Assembly: GCA_964649225.1 (NCBI GenBank)
Contig: CAZYPO010000002.1
Span: forward strand, 48,384 to 102,671
Direction: 5' to 3'
Source: an uncultured Gemmatimonas sp.
Lineage (GTDB): Bacteria; Gemmatimonadota; Gemmatimonadetes; Gemmatimonadales; GWC2-71-9
DNA length: 54,288 nt
Below are positions 51,368-54,288 of this stretch, one piece after another. The notes under the pieces are model-generated. The model did no database searches. It saw nothing but the letters and a program-made list of their open reading frames with translations, and was not told where the DNA came from. Within the stretch, counting starts at the first letter, position 1; each line of letters begins with the position of its first letter. Made by a program: the position numbers and the translations under genes.

Positions 51368-51757
51368 ATGGCCAGGATTCTGATCGTGGAGGACAATCCG
51401 GACAACATGAAGTTGTTCCGGGCATTGCTGACGCTGCGGGGCCACGAGGTGACGGCGCTGCCGTCCGGCGAGGGCCTCTTCGAAACGCTGGCCCAAACGC
51501 GGCCGGAGCTGGTGTTGATGGACATCCAGCTGCCGGGCAAGGATGGCTTCGCGCTGCTGTCGGACATTCGCGCCTCCGACTGGGGACGCCTGCGCGTGGT
51601 GGCGTTGAGCGCGCACGCCATGTCGGGTGACGCCGAGCGGGCGCGCCAAGCGGGGTTCGACGATTACATCACCAAACCGATCGAGATCGGGGAGTTCCCA
51701 GGGCAGGTCGAGCGGGCCCTGGCCGGACAGCGGATCAACTCGGAGGAGTCTCCTTGA
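51368..51757 (+). CDS. single-domain response regulator (DivK-like)
   Basis: ILIVEDNPDN, LVLMDIQLPGKDG, LSAHAMSGD, YITKPI. Confidence 0.92.
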   Translation: MARILIVEDNPDNMKLFRALLTLRGHEVTALPSGEGLFETLAQTRPELVLMDIQLPGKDGFALLSDIRASDWGRLRVVALSAHAMSGDAERARQAGFDDYITKPIEIGEFPGQVERALAGQRINSEESP

Positions 51758-52257
51758 GCCCACCGCAGAGACAGCCTCCCTTTCGCGACAGCAAGAGCAG
51801 CCTCTATGAGGCGGCGCTCGAGGTCGTGAAATCCAGCGAGCAGGCAGCGACCCAGTTGGTATCCAAGCCGCCCGCCCGACGGCGCGGCTGGCTCATGGTC
51901 TTGCTCCTCCTCGCGCTGGTCGGCGCACTGCTCCTGCTGCTGCGCCCGGTCTGGCTGGCGGGTCCCCAGGCCCCGCCCCCGGAGTCGCCGGGCATCGCCG
52001 CTGCATCGCTCCGGCTCGAATTGCTACGCGAGCGGCAGCGGGTGTTCACCTTCACCCGGCAGCACGGACACTTGCCCGCCACCTTGACTGAAACCGGTAG
52101 TCTCGGTGCCGACATCCAGTACCAAGCGACCGGCCCCGACGGGTTCCTGTTGTCCGGCCGGGTCGGAGACTCGCTCATCACCCTGCGCTCCACCGATCCG
52201 CTTCCGACCTTCCTGGGTGAGAGCCTCCGGCGCTTCAAGAATCGAGGTACCCAATGA
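51754..52257 (+). CDS. single-TM pilin-like / non-canonical minor pilin
   Basis: Basic RRRG then a hydrophobic helix (WLMVLLLLALVGALLLLL); later RVFTFTRQHGHLPATL resembles a pseudopilin alpha-beta loop. It has 4-bp overlaps on both sides. Confidence 0.5.
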   Translation: MSPPQRQPPFRDSKSSLYEAALEVVKSSEQAATQLVSKPPARRRGWLMVLLLLALVGALLLLLRPVWLAGPQAPPPESPGIAAASLRLELLRERQRVFTFTRQHGHLPATLTETGSLGADIQYQATGPDGFLLSGRVGDSLITLRSTDPLPTFLGESLRRFKNRGTQ

Positions 52258-52715
52258 AGCACCGGCGACGTGGGTTCACCCTGATCGAGCTGATGGTCGT
52301 AGTCATCGTGCTCGGCCTGCTCGCGGGGATCGGGTTGCTCAGGTACATCGACATGCGCAACGCGGCCATCGCTACCCAGATGTCGCAAGAGCTACGCGCG
52401 GTGACCGTGGCGTCGCTCAACTACTACGCGGACCTGGAGCAGTGGCCCCCCGACGCCGGCGCGGGCGCGGTACCCGCCGGCCTGGGCCCCTTGCTCCCCG
52501 GACAACTGGCCACCTCGTTCGACCGGGGACAGTACGTGCTCGATTACGAGGTGATCGGGGACGCCACTTCGGGGTACATCATCGGCGTCTCTGTCAGTAC
52601 CACCGATACCAAGCTATTCGCCAAGTTCGTCCAATATCTCGGAACCAAGGCGCCCTTCTCGGTCTCGGGCAACACGATGACCTATCTGATTGCGGGGCCC
52701 GGCGGAGTCTTCTAG
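52254..52715 (+). CDS. type IV pilin / pseudopilin
   Basis: Class III signal MKHRRRG|FTLIELMVVVIVLGLLA with E5, and a YYADLEQWP motif. Confidence 0.9.
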   Translation: MKHRRRGFTLIELMVVVIVLGLLAGIGLLRYIDMRNAAIATQMSQELRAVTVASLNYYADLEQWPPDAGAGAVPAGLGPLLPGQLATSFDRGQYVLDYEVIGDATSGYIIGVSVSTTDTKLFAKFVQYLGTKAPFSVSGNTMTYLIAGPGGVF

Positions 52716-52725
52716 GCCGACTGCG

Positions 52726-53541
52726 TTATTCGATGCTTCCCCGCAGGGCCAGGACGGCGGGGTCCGCGGGAGGGTAGCGCGGGTCCATCAGCTCAAGCGT
52801 CCTCACCAGCACCTCCGCCACCAGAAAATCCCTCGGCTTGTTCTTGTCCGCCGGCACCACGTACCAGGGAGCGTAGTCGGTGCTGCAGCGCTCCAGGACC
52901 TCTTCGTAGGCCGCCGAGTACTCCTCCCATTTCTTGCGCTCGTCCAGATCGGCGGCCTGGAATTTCCAGTTCTTGGCCGGATTGCTCAGGCGCTCTTCCA
53001 GCCGCTCCCGCTGTTCTTCCTTCGAGATATGGAGAAAGAACTTTCGGATCACGACGCCTTCGTCGGAGAGCATCGCTTCGAAGGCGTTGATATGCTCGAA
53101 GCGCCTGCGCCAGATCGCCTCGGCGGCCAGGCCGTGCACCCTGACCGCGATGATATCCTCGTAGTGCGAGCGGTTGAAGAGCCCGATGCTGCCCCGCGGC
53201 GGCACCGCCTTGTGCACCCGCCAGAGGTAGTCGTGGTTGAGCTCGAGGGCGCTGGGACGCTTGAAGCTGGTCACCCGGCAGAGCGCGGGGTTGAGACCGC
53301 CGAACACTCGCCGGATGGTGCCGTCTTTCCCCGAGGCATCCCTGCCCTGCAGCACCACGAGCAGCGCGCGCTTTGCCTCGGCCCCCAGCGCAGCCTGCAG
53401 CTGCTCGAGGCGCTCGGTGAGGTGGTCGAGCGCGTCGTCGAGCTCGTCCTTTCGGGGCAGGCCGGCGGGCGGCTGGGCCAGCGCGTCGCTGAGCCGGAGC
53501 GGGGAGCCGGTCGGATGGGGCTGCAGGAACTGGGTGCGCAT
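52726..53541 (-). CDS. ppk2: polyphosphate kinase 2 family (polyP:nucleotide phosphotransferase)
   Basis: LQGRDASGKDG (Walker A), FNRSHYED, FFLHISKEEQRERL, WKF..ADL.ER, APWYVVPAD. Confidence 0.92.
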   Translation of the reverse strand: MRTQFLQPHPTGSPLRLSDALAQPPAGLPRKDELDDALDHLTERLEQLQAALGAEAKRALLVVLQGRDASGKDGTIRRVFGGLNPALCRVTSFKRPSALELNHDYLWRVHKAVPPRGSIGLFNRSHYEDIIAVRVHGLAAEAIWRRRFEHINAFEAMLSDEGVVIRKFFLHISKEEQRERLEERLSNPAKNWKFQAADLDERKKWEEYSAAYEEVLERCSTDYAPWYVVPADKNKPRDFLVAEVLVRTLELMDPRYPPADPAVLALRGSIE

Positions 53542-53545
53542 CGGC

Positions 53546-54288
53546 TCAGCGCTCCCCCAGCAGGCGGATCCGGCGGGGCCGTGCGGCGATGTCGTCGTGG
53601 TGCTCCTGCAGCGCGTTTCGCACCATGCCTTCGACCACTTCGGGCGAATCGGTGGGCGTGAGCAGGTGGACGTCTTCCGGCGCGATGGTTCCCGCGCGGA
53701 CCAGTGTGCCCCGCACGAAGTCCAGCAGCGGCCTCCAGTATTCGGTGCCCACCAGAATCAGCGGGAAGGACTCGATCTTCCTGGTCTGGATCAGGGTCAC
53801 CGCCTCGAAGAGCTCGTCCAGCGTCCCGAAGCCGCCGGGCATGATCACGAATGCGTAGCTGTACTTGACCAGCAGCACCTTGCGCACGAAAAAATAGCGG
53901 AAGGTCACCCAGCGATCGAGATAGGGGTTCGGCACCTGCTCTACGGGCAGCTTGATGTTGCAGCCGATGGAGTAGCCCCCCGCTTCCTTGGCGCCGCGGT
54001 TGGCGGCCTCCATGATGCCGGGCCCCCCGCCGGTCATGACCGTGACACCGGCCAGCGCCAGCCGGCGGCCGATCTCGCGGCCCAGCGCGTAGTAGGGATG
54101 GCTCTCCGGGAAGCGCGCCGAGCCGAAGACGGTGACGCAGGGGCCGATGAAGTGGAAGCGCCGGAAGCCGCGGATGAATTCCCCGGCGATCCGGATGACC
54201 CGGGCGAGCTCGGAAAGGCGCGCGCGCGGGCCGCGGAGAAACGCGGCGTTATGGGGATCTTCGGGATGGACCGGCGCCGGAACGTCGG
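53546..54288 (-). CDS. LOG-family nucleotide monophosphate phosphoribohydrolase (5' end outside window)
   Basis: Frame is open to the window end: ...CVTVFGSARF...TGGGPGIMEAANRGA...FFVRKVLL...PGGFGTLDELFE. Confidence 0.9.
   Translation of the reverse strand, partial: DVPAPVHPEDPHNAAFLRGPRARLSELARVIRIAGEFIRGFRRFHFIGPCVTVFGSARFPESHPYYALGREIGRRLALAGVTVMTGGGPGIMEAANRGAKEAGGYSIGCNIKLPVEQVPNPYLDRWVTFRYFFVRKVLLVKYSYAFVIMPGGFGTLDELFEAVTLIQTRKIESFPLILVGTEYWRPLLDFVRGTLVRAGTIAPEDVHLLTPTDSPEVVEGMVRNALQEHHDDIAARPRRIRLLGER

Overview
GC-rich bacterial chromosome segment, most consistent with Gemmatimonadota (inferred from gene families and gene order, not from a search). Most of it is a minus-strand housekeeping backbone: dusB; hisS-proS-lysA-guaA; accD-folC; mreBCD-mrdA-rodA; rpsO-pnp-M16 peptidase-ald-dut; rplM-rpsI-rpsB-tsf-pyrH-frr-uppS-cdsA-dxr-rseP; a split propionyl-CoA-carboxylase-like gene set; and aroA-cmk-rpsA. 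Accessory blocks sit between these genes. The strongest candidate for an undescribed system is at 40.6-45.1 kb: a mostly translationally coupled operon of a decayed histidine-kinase fragment, an Hpt-REC-REC protein with no output domain, a membrane-anchored HEAT-repeat protein, a processive GT2 synthase and a YaiO-like beta-barrel. It looks like a phosphorelay-controlled exopolysaccharide machine. A second candidate at 49.2-52.7 kb is a PilB/GspE ATPase with a C-terminal receiver domain, followed by a stand-alone receiver and two pilin-like genes. Other accessory blocks are a GGDEF/PadR/orphan duplicated permease block and a PTS EIIA gene with a pseudo-receiver-DUF3052 fusion. Non-coding signals include 7-9 nt tandem micro-repeats at gene junctions (some supply start or stop codons), a repeated TAnnnT-N6/7-start geometry implying leaderless mRNAs, several sigma70-type promoters and an rpsB (t44-like) leader. 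I found no tRNA, rRNA, CRISPR array, integrase or transposase. Family assignments come from motif recognition, not database searches.
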